Assembly (NCBI GenBank): GCA_964016885.1
Contig: OZ024743.1
Coordinates: forward strand, 372,372,001-372,436,000
From: Eledone cirrhosa
Taxonomy: Eukaryota
Direction: 5' to 3'
DNA length: 64,000 nucleotides
Made by a program: the position numbers and the translations under genes. Every line of letters begins with the position of its first letter. Positions within the stretch are counted from its first letter, which is position 1. Shown one piece after another: positions 34,201 to 47,260 of this stretch. Under the pieces are notes generated by a model. That model ran no database searches. It was not told where the DNA came from and saw only the letters and a program-made list of their open reading frames with translations.

Positions 34201-37200
34201 ATCAATACCATAGTCACAACTACTGTAAGTCCACTGTATAAACATCATAGTCATAACTACCGTAAGACAACTCTATCAACACCATAGTCATAACTACTGT
34301 AAGACCACTGTATAAAAGCCATAGTCACAACTACTGTAAGACCACTGTATCAACACCACAGTCACAACTACTGTAAGCCCACTGTATCAACAGTATAGTC
34401 ATAATTACTCTAAGACCACTGTATCAACACCACAGTCACAACTACTGTAAGACCACTGTATCAACACCATAGTCACAACTACTGTAAGACCACTGTATCA
34501 ACACCACAGTCACAACTACTGTAAGACCACTGTATCAACACCATAGTCATAACTACTGTAAGACCACTGTATCAACACCATAGTTACAACTACTGTAAGA
34601 CAACGGTATCAACACCGTAGTCACAACGTCTGTAAGACCACTGAATCAACACCATAGTCACAACTACTGTAAGACCACTGTATCAACAACACAGTCACAA
34701 CTACTCTAAGACCACTGTATCAACACCGCAGTCACAACTACTGTAAGCCCACTGTATCAACACCACAGCCACAACAACTGTAAGACCACTGTATCAACAC
34801 AATAATCACAACAACTGTAAGACCACGGTATCAACACCATAGTCACAACTACTGTAAGACCACTGTATCAACACCATAGTCATAACGTCTGTAATACCAC
34901 TGTATCAACACTATAGTCACAACTACTGTAATACCACTGTATCAACACCACAGTCACAACTACTGTAAGACCACTGTATCAACACCACAGTCATAACTAC
35001 TGTAAGAGCACTGTATCCACACCATAGTCACAACTACTGTAAAACCACTGTATCAACATTATAGTCACAACTACTGTAAGACCACTGTATCAACACCATA
35101 GTCACAACTATCTTAAGACCACTGTATCAACACCACAGTCACAACTACAGTAAGACCACTGTATAAACACCATAGTCACAACTACTGTAACACCACTGTA
35201 TGAACACCATAATCATAACTACCGTAAGATCACTGTTTCAACACCACAGTCACAACTACTGTAAGACCACTGTATCAACACCACAGTCACAACTACTGTA
35301 AGACCACTGTATCAACACCACAACCACAACTACTGTAAGACCATTGTATCAACACCACAACCACAACTAGTTTAAGTCCACTGTATCAACACCACAGTCA
35401 TAACTACTCTAAGACCACTGTATCAACACCACAGCCACAACTACTGTAAGACCACTGTATCAACACCATAATCACAACTACTGTAATACCACTGTATCAA
35501 CACCATAATCGCAACTACTGTAAGACCACTGTATCAGCACCACAGTCACAACTACTGTAAGACAACTGTATCAACACCACAGTCACAACTACAGTAAGAC
35601 CACTTTATCAACACCATAGTCACAACTACTGTAAGACCACTGTATTAACACCATATTCACAACTACTTTAAGACCACTGTATCAACACCATAGTCATAAC
35701 TAACGTAAGACCACTGTATCAACACCATAGTCATAAGACCACTGTATCAACACCATAGTGACAACTACTGTAAGACCACTGTATCAACACCATAGTCACA
35801 ACTACTGTAAGCCTTGTATCAACACCATAGTCATAACTAACGTAAGACCACTGTATCAACACCATAGTCATAAGATCACTGTATCAACACCACAGTCACA
35901 ACTACTGTAAGACCACTGTATCAACACCATAGTCATAACTACTGTAAGACCACTGTATCAACACCATAATCACAACTATTGTAAGATCACTGTATCAACA
36001 CCACAGTCACAACTACAGTAAGACCACTTTATCAACACCATAGTCACAACTACTGTAAGACCACTGTATCAACACCATAGTCACAACTACTGTAAGACCA
36101 CTGTATCAACACCATAGTCATAAGACCACTGTATCAACACCATAGTCACAACTAGTGTAAGACCACTGTATCTACACCGTAGCCACAACTACTGTAAGAA
36201 CACTGTATCAACACCACAGTTATAACTACTGTAAGACCACTCTATCAACATCACAGTTACAACTACTGTAAGACCACTGTATCAACACCATTGTCATAAC
36301 TACCGTAAGACCACTGTATCAACACTATTGTCACAACTACTGTAAGACCACTGTATCAACACCATAGTCATAACTACCGTAAGACCACCGTATCAACAGC
36401 ATAGTCATAAGACCACTGTATCAACACCATAGTCACAACTACAGTAAGACCACTGTATCAACACCATAGTCACAACTACTCTAAGACCACTGTATGAACA
36501 CCATAGTCATAACTACAGTAAGACCACTGTATCAACACCATAGTCATAACTACTATAAGACCACTGTATCAACACCACAGTAATAACTACTGTAAGACCA
36601 CTGTATCATCACCATAGTCATAACTACTGAAAGTCCTCTGTATCAACACCTTAGTCACAACTATTGTAAGACCACTGTATCAACACCACAGCCACAAATA
36701 CTGTAAGACCACTGTATAAAAACCACAGTCACAACTATTGTAAAACCACTGTATCATCACCATAGACATAACTACTGTAAGACCACTGTATCAACACCAT
36801 AATCACAACTACTGCAAGACCACTGTATGAAAACCATAGTCACAACTACTGTAAGATCACTGTATCAACACCATAGTCACAACTACTGTAACAACACTGT
36901 ATCAACACCATAGTCATAACTACTGTAAGACCACTTTATCAAAACCATAGTCACAACTACTGTAAGACCACTGTATCAACACCATAGTCACAAGTACTGT
37001 AAGACCACTGTATCAGCACCATAGTAACAACTGCTGTAAAACCACTGTATCTACACCATAGTCATAACTACTGTAAGACCACTGTATCAACACCATAGTC
37101 ACAACTACTGTAAGACCACTGTATCAACAGAACAGTCACAACTAATGTAAGACCACTGTATCAACACCATAGTCAAAACTAGTGTAAGATCACTGTATCA

Positions 37201-40200
37201 ACACCATAGTCACAACTACTGTAAGGCTACTGAATCAACACCACAGTCACAACTACTGTAAGACCACTGTATCAACGCCACAGCCACAACTACTCTAAGA
37301 CCACTGTATCAACACCATAGTCACAACTACTGTAAGACCACTGTATCAACACCACAGTCACAACTACTGTAAGATCACTGTAAGAATCACCATAGTCACA
37401 ACTACTGTAAGACCACTGTATCAACACCACAGTCACAACTACTCTAATACCACTGTATCAACACCATAGTCACAACTACTGTAAGACCACTGTATCAACG
37501 CCACAGCCACCACTACTCTAAGACCACTGTATCAACACCATAGTCACAACTACTGTAAGACCACTCTATCAACACCACAGTCACAACTACTGTAAGATCA
37601 CTGTAAGAATCACCATAGTCACAACTACTGTAAGACCACTGTATCAACACCACAGTCACAACTACTCTAAGACCACTGTATCAACACCATAGTCACAACT
37701 ACTGTAAGACCACTGTATCAACACCACATTCACAACTACTGTAAGTCCACTGTATCAACACAATAGTCACAACTACTGTAAGACCACTGTATCACCACCA
37801 TAATCACAACTACTGTAAGACCACTGTATCAACACCGTAGTCACATTTCTGTAAGACCACTGTATCAACACCACAGTCGCAACTACTGTAAGTCCACTGT
37901 ATCAACACCATAGTCACGACTACTGTAAGACCACTGTATCACCACCATAATCACAACTACTGTAAGACCACTGTATCAACACCACGGTCACAACTACTGT
38001 AAGACCACTGTATCAACATCATAGTCATAACTATTGTAAGACCACTGTATCAACACCATAGTCATAACTACTGAAAGTCCTCTCTATCAACACAATAGTC
38101 ATAACTACTGTAAGACCACTGTATCAACACCATAGTCATAACTACCGTAAGACCACTGTATCAACACCATAGTCATAACTACTGTAATACCACTGTATCA
38201 ACACCATAGTCACAACTACTGTAAGACCACTGTATCAACACCATAGTCACAACTACTGTAAGATCACTGTATCAACACCATAGTCACAACTACTGTAAGA
38301 ACACTGTATCAACCCCACAGTCACAACTACTGTAAGACCACTGTATCAACACCACAGTCACAACTACTGTAAGTCCACTGTATGAACACCATAGTCACAA
38401 CTACTGTAAGTCCACTGTATGAACACCATAGTCACAACTACTGTAAGACCACTGTATCAACACCACAGTCATAACTACTGTAAGACCACTGTATCAACAC
38501 CATAGTCACAACTACTGTAAGTCCACTGTATGAACACCATAGTCACAACTACTGTAAGACCATTGTATCAACACCACAGTCACAACTACTCTAATGCCCA
38601 CTGCATCAACACCACAGTCATAAGTACTGTAAGACCACTGTATGAACACCATAGTCACAACTACTGTAAGTCCTCTGTATCAACACCATAGTCATAACTA
38701 CTGTAAGACCACTGTATCAACACCATAGTCACAACAACTGTAAGAACACTGTATCAAGACCATAGTCACAACTACTGTAAGACCACTGTATCACCTCCAT
38801 AGTCATAACTACTGTAAGACCACTGTATTAACACCATAGTCACAACTACTGTAAGACCACATCAACACCACAGTCACAACTAATGTAAGACCATTGTATC
38901 AACATCATAGTCACAACTACTGTAAGACCAGGGTATCAACACCACAGTCACAACTACTGTAAGACCACTGTATCAACACCACAGTCACAACAACTGCAAG
39001 CCCACTTCATCAACACCACAGTCACAACAACTGCAAGCCCACTGTATCAACACCATAGTCATAACTACTGTAAGACCACTGTATCAACACCATAGTCACA
39101 ACTATTGTAAGACCACTGTATCAACACCATAGTCATAACTACCGTATGACCAGTGTATCAACACCATAGTCATTAGACCACTGTATCAACACCATAGTCA
39201 CAACTGCTGTAAAACCACTGTATCTACACCATAGTCATAACTACTGTAAGACCACTGTATCAACACCATAGTCACAACTATTGTAAGACCACTGTATCAA
39301 GACCACAGTCACAACTACAGTAAGACCACTTTATCCACACCATAGTCACAACTACTGTAAGACCACCGTATCAACACCATAGTCACAACTACTGTAATAC
39401 CACTGTATCAACACCATAGTCACAACTACTGTAAGGCCACTGTATCCACAGAAAAGTCACAACTACTGTAAGACCACTGTATCCACACCATATTTACAAC
39501 TACTGTAAGACCACTGTATCAACACCACAGTCACAACTACTGTAAGACCACTGTATCAACACCCCACTCACAACTACTGTTGGACCACTGTATCAACACC
39601 ACAGTCACAACTACTGTAAGACCACTGTATCAACACCATAGTCACAACTACTGTAAGACCACTGTATCAACAACACAGTCACAACTACTCTAAGACCACT
39701 GTATCAACACCACAGTTACAACTACTGTAAGACCACTGTATCAACAGCATAGTCATAAGACCACTGTATCAAAACCACAGACACAACTACAGTAAGACCA
39801 CTGTATCAACACCATAGTCACAACTACTCTAAGACCACAGTATCAACACCATAGTCACAACTACTGTAAGACCACTGTATCAACAACACAGTCACAACTA
39901 CTCTAAGACCACTGTATCAACACCGCAGTTACAACTACTGTAAGACCACTGTATCAACACCACAGTCACAACTATTGTAAGACCACTGTATCAACACCAT
40001 AGTCACAACTACTGTAAGACCACTGTATGAACACCATAGTCATAACTACTGAAAGTCCTCTGTATCAACACCATAGTCACAACTACTGTAAGACCATTGT
40101 ATCAACACCACAGCCACAACTACTGTAAGACCACTGTATCAACACCACAGTCACAACTATTGTAAGACCACTGTATCATCACCATAGTCATAACTACTGG

Positions 40201-40369
40201 AAGACTACTGTTTCAACACCATAGTCACAACTACTGTAAGATCACTGTATCAACACCATAGTCACAACTACTGTAAAAACACTGTATCAACACCATAGTC
40301 ATAACTACTGTAAGACCACTGTATCAACACCATAGTCACAACTATTGTAAGACCACTGTATCAACACCA

Positions 40370-43300
40370 TAGTCACAACTACTGTAAGACCACTGTATCA
40401 ACACCATAGTAACAACTACTGTAACGCCACTGTATCAACACCATAGTCATAACTACCGTAAGACCTCTGTATCAACACCGTAGTCATAACTACTGTAAGA
40501 CCACTGTATCAACACCACAGTCATAACTACTGTATGACCACTGTATCAACACCATAGTCATAACTATTGAAAGTCCTCTGTATCAACATCATAGTCACAA
40601 CTACTGTAAGACCACTGTATCAACACCATAGTCATAACTATTGAAAGTCCTCTGTATCAACACCACAGTCACAACTACTGTAAGACCACTGTATCAACAC
40701 CATAGTCATAACTACTGTAAGACCACTGTATCAACACAATAATCAAAACTACTGTAAGACCACGGTATCAACACCGTAGTCACAACTGCTGTAAGACTAC
40801 TGTATGAACACCATAGTCACAACTACTGTAAGACCACTGTATCAACACCATAGTCACAACTACTGTAAGAACACTGTATCAACCCCACAGTCACAACTAC
40901 TGTAAGACCACTGTATCAACACCACAGTCACAACTACTGTAAGACCACTGCATCAACACCATAGCCATAACTACTGTAAGACCACTGGATCAACACCTTA
41001 GTCACAACTACTGTAAGACCACTGTATGAACACCACAATCATAACTACCGTAAGACCACTGTATCAACACCATAGTCATAACTAATGTAAGACCACTGTA
41101 TCAACACCATAGTCACAACTAATGTAAGACCACTGTATCAACACCATAGTCACAATAACTGTAAGAACACAGTATCAACACCACAGTCATAACTACTGTA
41201 AGACCACTGTTTCAACACCACAGTCACAACTACTGTAAGACCACTGTATCAACACCACAACCACAACTACTGTAAGACCACTGTATCAACACCACAACCA
41301 CAACTAGTGTAAGACCACTGTATCAACACCACAGTCATAACTACTCTAAGACCACTGTATCAACACCACACTTATAACTACTGTAAGACCACTGTATCAA
41401 CATCACAGTCACAACTACTGTAAGATCACTGTATCAACATCACAGTCACAACTACTGTAAGACCACTGTATCAACACCATAGTCACAACGTCTCTAATAC
41501 CACTGTATCAACCCCATTGTCACAACTACTGTAAGTCCACGGTATAAACATCATAGTCATAACTACCGTAAGACCACTGTATCAACACCACAGCCATAAC
41601 TGTAAGACCACTGTATCAACACCATATTCACAACTACTGTAAGACCACTGATTCAACACCGTAGTCACAACTACTGTAAGACCACTGTATCAACACCACA
41701 GTCACAACGTCTGTAAGACAACTGTATCAACACAATAGTCACAACTACTTTAAGCCCACTGCATCAACACCGTAGTCACAACGTCTGTAAGACCACTGAA
41801 TCAACACCATAGTCACAACTACTGTAAGACCACTGTATCAACAACACAGTCACAACTACTCTAAGACCACTGTATCAACACCACAGTCACAACTACTGTA
41901 AGCCCACTGTATCAACACCACAGCCACAACTACTGTAAGACCACTGTATCAACACAATAATCACAACTACTGTAAGACCACTGTATCAACACCATAGTCA
42001 CAACTACTGTAAGACCACTGTATCAACACCATAGTAACAACTACTGTAACGCCACTGTATCAACACCATAGTCATAACTACCGTAAGACCTCTGTATCAA
42101 CACCGTAGTCATAACTACTGTAAGACCACTGTATCAACACCACAGTCATAACTACTGTATGACCACTGTATCAACACCATAGTCATAACTATTGAAAGTC
42201 CTCTGTATCAACATCATAGTCACAACTACTGTAAGACCACTGTATCAACACCATAGTCATAACTATTGAAAGTCCTCTGTATCAACACCACAGTCACAAC
42301 TACTGTAAGACCACTGTATCAACACCATAGTCATAACTACTGTAAGACCACTGTATCAACACAATAATCAAAACTACTGTAAGACCACGGTATCAACACC
42401 GTAGTCACAACTGCTGTAAGACTACTGTATGAACACCATAGTCACAACTACTGTAAGACCACTGTATCAACACCATAGTCACAACTACTGTAAGAACACT
42501 GTATCAACCCCACAGTCACAACTACTGTAAGACCACTGTATCAACACCACAGTCACAACTACTGTAAGACCACTGCATCAACACCATAGCCATAACTACT
42601 GTAAGACCACTGGATCAACACCTTAGTCACAACTACTGTAAGACCACTGTATGAACACCACAATCATAACTACCGTAAGACCACTGTATCAACACCATAG
42701 TCATAACTAATGTAAGACCACTGTATCAACACCATAGTCACAACTAATGTAAGACCACTGTATCAACACCATAGTCACAATAACTGTAAGAACACAGTAT
42801 CAACACCACAGTCATAACTACTGTAAGACCACTGTTTCAACACCACAGTCACAACTACTGTAAGACCACTGTATCAACACCACAACCACAACTACTGTAA
42901 GACCACTGTATCAACACCACAACCACAACTAGTGTAAGACCACTGTATCAACACCACAGTCATAACTACTCTAAGACCACTGTATCAACACCACACTTAT
43001 AACTACTGTAAGACCACTGTATCAACATCACAGTCACAACTACTGTAAGATCACTGTATCAACATCACAGTCACAACTACTGTAAGACCACTGTATCAAC
43101 ACCATAGTCACAACGTCTCTAATACCACTGTATCAACCCCATTGTCACAACTACTGTAAGTCCACGGTATAAACATCATAGTCATAACTACCGTAAGACC
43201 ACTGTATCAACACCACAGCCATAACTGTAAGACCACTGTATCAACACCATATTCACAACTACTGTAAGACCACTGATTCAACACCGTAGTCACAACTACT

Positions 43301-43620
43301 GTAAGACCACTGTATCAACACCACAGTCACAACGTCTGTAAGACAACTGTATCAACACAATAGTCACAACTACTTTAAGCCCACTGCATCAACACCGTAG
43401 TCACAACGTCTGTAAGACCACTGAATCAACACCATAGTCACAACTACTGTAAGACCACTGTATCAACAACACAGTCACAACTACTCTAAGACCACTGTAT
43501 CAACACCACAGTCACAACTACTGTAAGCCCACTGTATCAACACCACAGCCACAACTACTGTAAGACCACTGTATCAACACAATAATCACAACTACTGTAA
43601 GACCACTGTATCAACACCAT
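40370..43620. repeat. Tandem duplication in the 37-bp satellite, period 1625 bp (44 monomers minus 3 bp), 2 copies
   Basis: GTAACGCCAC at 40421 and 42046 is followed by the same ordered variant series (e.g. CTGGATCAACACCTTAG, CACACTTATAAC). The boundaries are approximate. Confidence 0.88.
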
Positions 43621-46600
43621 AGTCACAACTACTCTAAGACCACTGTATCAACACCACAGCCACAACTACTGTAAGACCACTGTATCAATACCATAATCAC
43701 AACTACTGTAATACCACTGTATCAACACCATAGTCGCAACTACTGTAAGACCACTGTATCAGCACCACAGTCACAACTACTGTAAGACAACTGTATCAAC
43801 ACCACAGTCACAACTACAGTAAGACCTCTTTATCAAAACCATAGTCACAACTACTGTAAGACCACTGTATCAACACAATAGTCACAACTACTGTACGACC
43901 ACTGTATCAACACCATAGTCACAACTACTGTAAGACCACTGTATCAACACCTTAGTCATAAGACCATTGTATCAACACCATAGTCTCAACTACTGTAAGA
44001 CCACTGTATCTACACCATAGACACAACTACTGTAAGACCACTGTATCAACACCACAGCCACAACTACTGTAAGACCACTGTATCAACACCACAGTCACAA
44101 CGTCTGTAAGACCAATGTATCAACACAATAGTCACAACTACTGTAAGCCCACTGCATCAACACCATAGTCACAACTACTGTAAGACCACTGTATCAACAC
44201 CATAGTCACAACGTCTCTAATACCACTGCATCAATACCATAGTCACAACTACTGTAAGTCCACTGTATAAACATCATAGTCATAACTACCGTAAGACAAC
44301 TGTATCAACACCATAGTCATAACTACTGTAAGACCACTGTATAAAAGCCATAGTCACAACTACTGTAAGACCACTGTATCAACACCACAGTCACAACTAC
44401 TGTAAGCCCACTGTATCAACAGCATAGTCATAATTACTCTAAGACCACTGTATCAACACCACAGTCACAACTACTGTAAGACCACTGTATCAACACCATA
44501 GTCACAACTACTGTAAGACCACTGTATCAACACCACAGTCACAACTACTGTAAGACCACTGTATCAACACCATAGTCATAACTACTGTAAGACCACTGTA
44601 TCAACACCATAGTTACAACTACTGTAAGACCACGGTATCAACACCGTAGTCACAACGTCTGTAAGACCACTGAATCAACACCATAGTCACAACTACTGTA
44701 AGACCACTGTATCAACAACACAGTCACAACTACTCTAAGACCACTGTATCAACACCACAGTCACAACTACTGTAAGCCCACTGTATCAACACCACAGCCA
44801 CAACTACTGTAAGATTACTGTATCAACACAATAATCACAACTACTGTAAGACCACGGTATCAACACCATAGTCACAACTACTGTAAGACCACTGTATCAA
44901 CACCATAGTCACAACGTCTGTAATACCACTGTATCAACACTATAGTCACAACTACTGTAATACCACTGTATCAACACCACAGTCACAACTACTGTAAGAC
45001 CACTGTATCAACACCACAGTCATAACTACTGTAAGAGCACTGTATCCACACCATAGTCACAACTACTGTAACACCACTGTATCAACATTATAGTCACAAC
45101 TACTGTAAGACCACTGTATCAACACCATAGTCACAACTATCTTAAGACCACTGTATCAACACCACAGTCACAACTACAGTAAGACCACTGTATAAACACC
45201 ATAGTCACAACTACTGTAACACCACTGTATCAACACCATAATCATAACTACCGTAAGATCACTGTATCAACACCATAGTCACAACTAATGTAAGACCACT
45301 GAATCAACACCATAGTCACAACTACTGTAAGACCACTGTTTCAACACCACAGTCACAACTACTGTAAGACCACTGTATCAACACCACAGTCACAACTACT
45401 GTAAGACCACTGTATCAACACCACAACCACAACTACTGCAAGACCACTGTATCAACACCACAACCACAACTATTGTAAGTCCACTGTATCAACACCACAG
45501 TCATAACTACTCTAAGACCACTGTATCAACACCACAGGCACAACTACTGTAAGACCACTGTATCAACACCATAATCACAACTACTGTAATACCACTGTAT
45601 CAACACCATAATCGCAACTACTGTAAGACCACTGTATCAGCACCACAGTCACAACTACTGTAAGACAACTGTATCAACACCACAGTCACAACTACAGTAA
45701 GACCACTTTATCAACACCATAGTCACAACTACTGTAAGACCACTGTATTAACACCATATTCACAACTACTTTAAGACCACTGTATCAACACCATAGTCAT
45801 AACTAACGTAAGACCACTGTATCAACACCATAGTCATAAGACCACTGTATCAACACCATAGTGACAACTACTGTAAGACCACTGTATCAACACCATAGTC
45901 ACAACTACTGTAAGCCTTGTATCAACACCATAGTCATAACTAACGTAAGACCACTGTATCAACACCATAGTCATAAGATCACTGTATCAACACCACAGTC
46001 ACAACTACTGTAAGACCACTGTATCAACACCATAGTCATAACTACTGTAAGACCACTGTATCAACACCATAATCACAACTATTGTAAGACCACTGTATCA
46101 ACACCACAGTCACAACTACAGTAAGACCACTTTATCAACACCATAGTCACAACTACTGTAAGACCACTGTATCAACATCATAGTCACAACTACTGTAAGA
46201 CCACTGTATCAACACCATAGTCATAAGACCACTGTATCAACACCATAGTCACAACTACTGTAAGACCACTGTATCTACACCATAGCCACAACTACTGTAA
46301 GAACACTGTATCAACACCACAGTTATAACTACTGTAAGACCACTCTATCAACATCACAGTTACAACTACTGTAAGACCACAATATCAACACCATAATCAA
46401 AACTACTGTAAGACCACTGATTCAACACCGTAGTCACAACTACTGTAAGACCACTGTATCAACACCACAGTCACAACGTCTGTAAGACCACTGTATCAAC
46501 ACAATAGTCACAACTACTGTAAGACCACTGTATCAACAGCATAGTCACAATGTCTCTAATACCACTGTATCAACACCAGATTCACAACTACTGTAAGTCC

Positions 46601-46805
46601 ACTGTATAAACATCATAGTCATAACTACCGTAAGACCACTGTATCAACACCATAGTCATAACTACTGTAAGACCACTGTATAAAAGCCATAGTCACAACT
46701 ACTCTAAGACCACTGTATCAAATAAATAAGATAATGAGATTGAGATTGTGTAGGTGTCACAACAACAAAAACACACAGTCCACGCTGTAATGTGGCCATG
46801 TAGGT

Positions 46806-47002
46806 AACACGGTAAAAAGTTCCCAGTTCAAACTGTAAATGTGGTTGTTGTTAGGAAGGGCATCCAGCCGTAGTAAACCTGCCAGATAGTCCTATATGAG
46901 CGAGACACGGTCACCCGATCAGCCTTGCATCAAGTGGTAGAACTCTCGTCTAACCCATGCTAGCGTGGATAATGGACGTTAAACGAAGATGATGATGATG
47001 AT
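46806..47002 (+). mobile_element. 5'-truncated SINE-like retroposon with a MetaSINE-type core, an RTE-like 3' end and a (GAT)n tail
   Basis: The core GTGGTTGTTGTTAGGAAGGGCATCCAGCCGTA (46841-46872) resembles a conserved domain of widespread metazoan SINEs, recognised from memory rather than by search. The 3' end TAACCCATGCTAGCGTGGATAATGGACGTTAAACGAAGATGATGATGATGAT resembles RTE-partnered tails. Candidate TSDs are ATGTAGGT (46798-46805 / 47001-47008) or TGTAGGTG (46749-46756 / 47002-47009), so the 5' boundary is uncertain. Confidence 0.6.
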
Positions 47003-47172
47003 GTAGGTGATGATGATCACCAACACTAAAGAGATTGTGCTGCTCATGACAGAGCTAAAGACTTCTCCTGGCCCTTTGTTTTAGAAGTTTTCTATGGATA
47101 GATGCCCTTCTTATCACCAATCATTTTACAGAGTGTACTGGGTGTGTTTATCATATAGATCACCATCACTAG

Positions 47173-47260
47173 AGAGGTTGTTATATCTTTGACACAACTG
47201 AGGATACCTCCAGACCCTTTATTTGGCAGGTTCAGCTGTGTCAAAGATATGACAACCTCT
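47173..47260. other. Inverted repeat/hairpin with 29-bp arms and a 30-nt partly paired loop, abutting the 41-bp satellite
   Basis: AGAGGTTGTTATATCTTTGACACAACTGA (47173-47201) pairs with TCAGCTGTGTCAAAGATATGACAACCTCT (47232-47260), giving 27/29 Watson-Crick pairs, one G:T and one A:C. The loop holds ACCT/AGGT and CCAGA/TTTGG pairing. Confidence 0.9.

Larger units (their letters stand above)
1..46721. repeat. 37-bp tandem satellite array, about 1,260 monomers, open at the left edge of the window
   Basis: The monomer CACCATAGTCACAACTACTGTAAGACCACTGTATCAA repeats head-to-tail from base 1 and ends abruptly at ...CCACTGTATCAA|ATAAATAAG. Consensus composition is A14 C11 T8 G4 with no CpG. There are scattered substitutions and recurrent 28-bp deletion monomers. 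Confidence 0.99.

Noticed and set aside
1-46721. CRISPR array (37-bp repeat length is CRISPR-like)
   Set aside because: The repeats are contiguous with no unique spacers, and there is no leader or cas gene. The same applies to the 41-mer.
1-46721. Thr/Ser-rich mucin-like coding repeat (reads TTVRPLYQHHSHNYCKTTVSTP)
   Set aside because: 37 is not a multiple of 3 and the consensus carries TAG and TAA, so every frame stops within about three monomers. The ORF track lists no ORF here.
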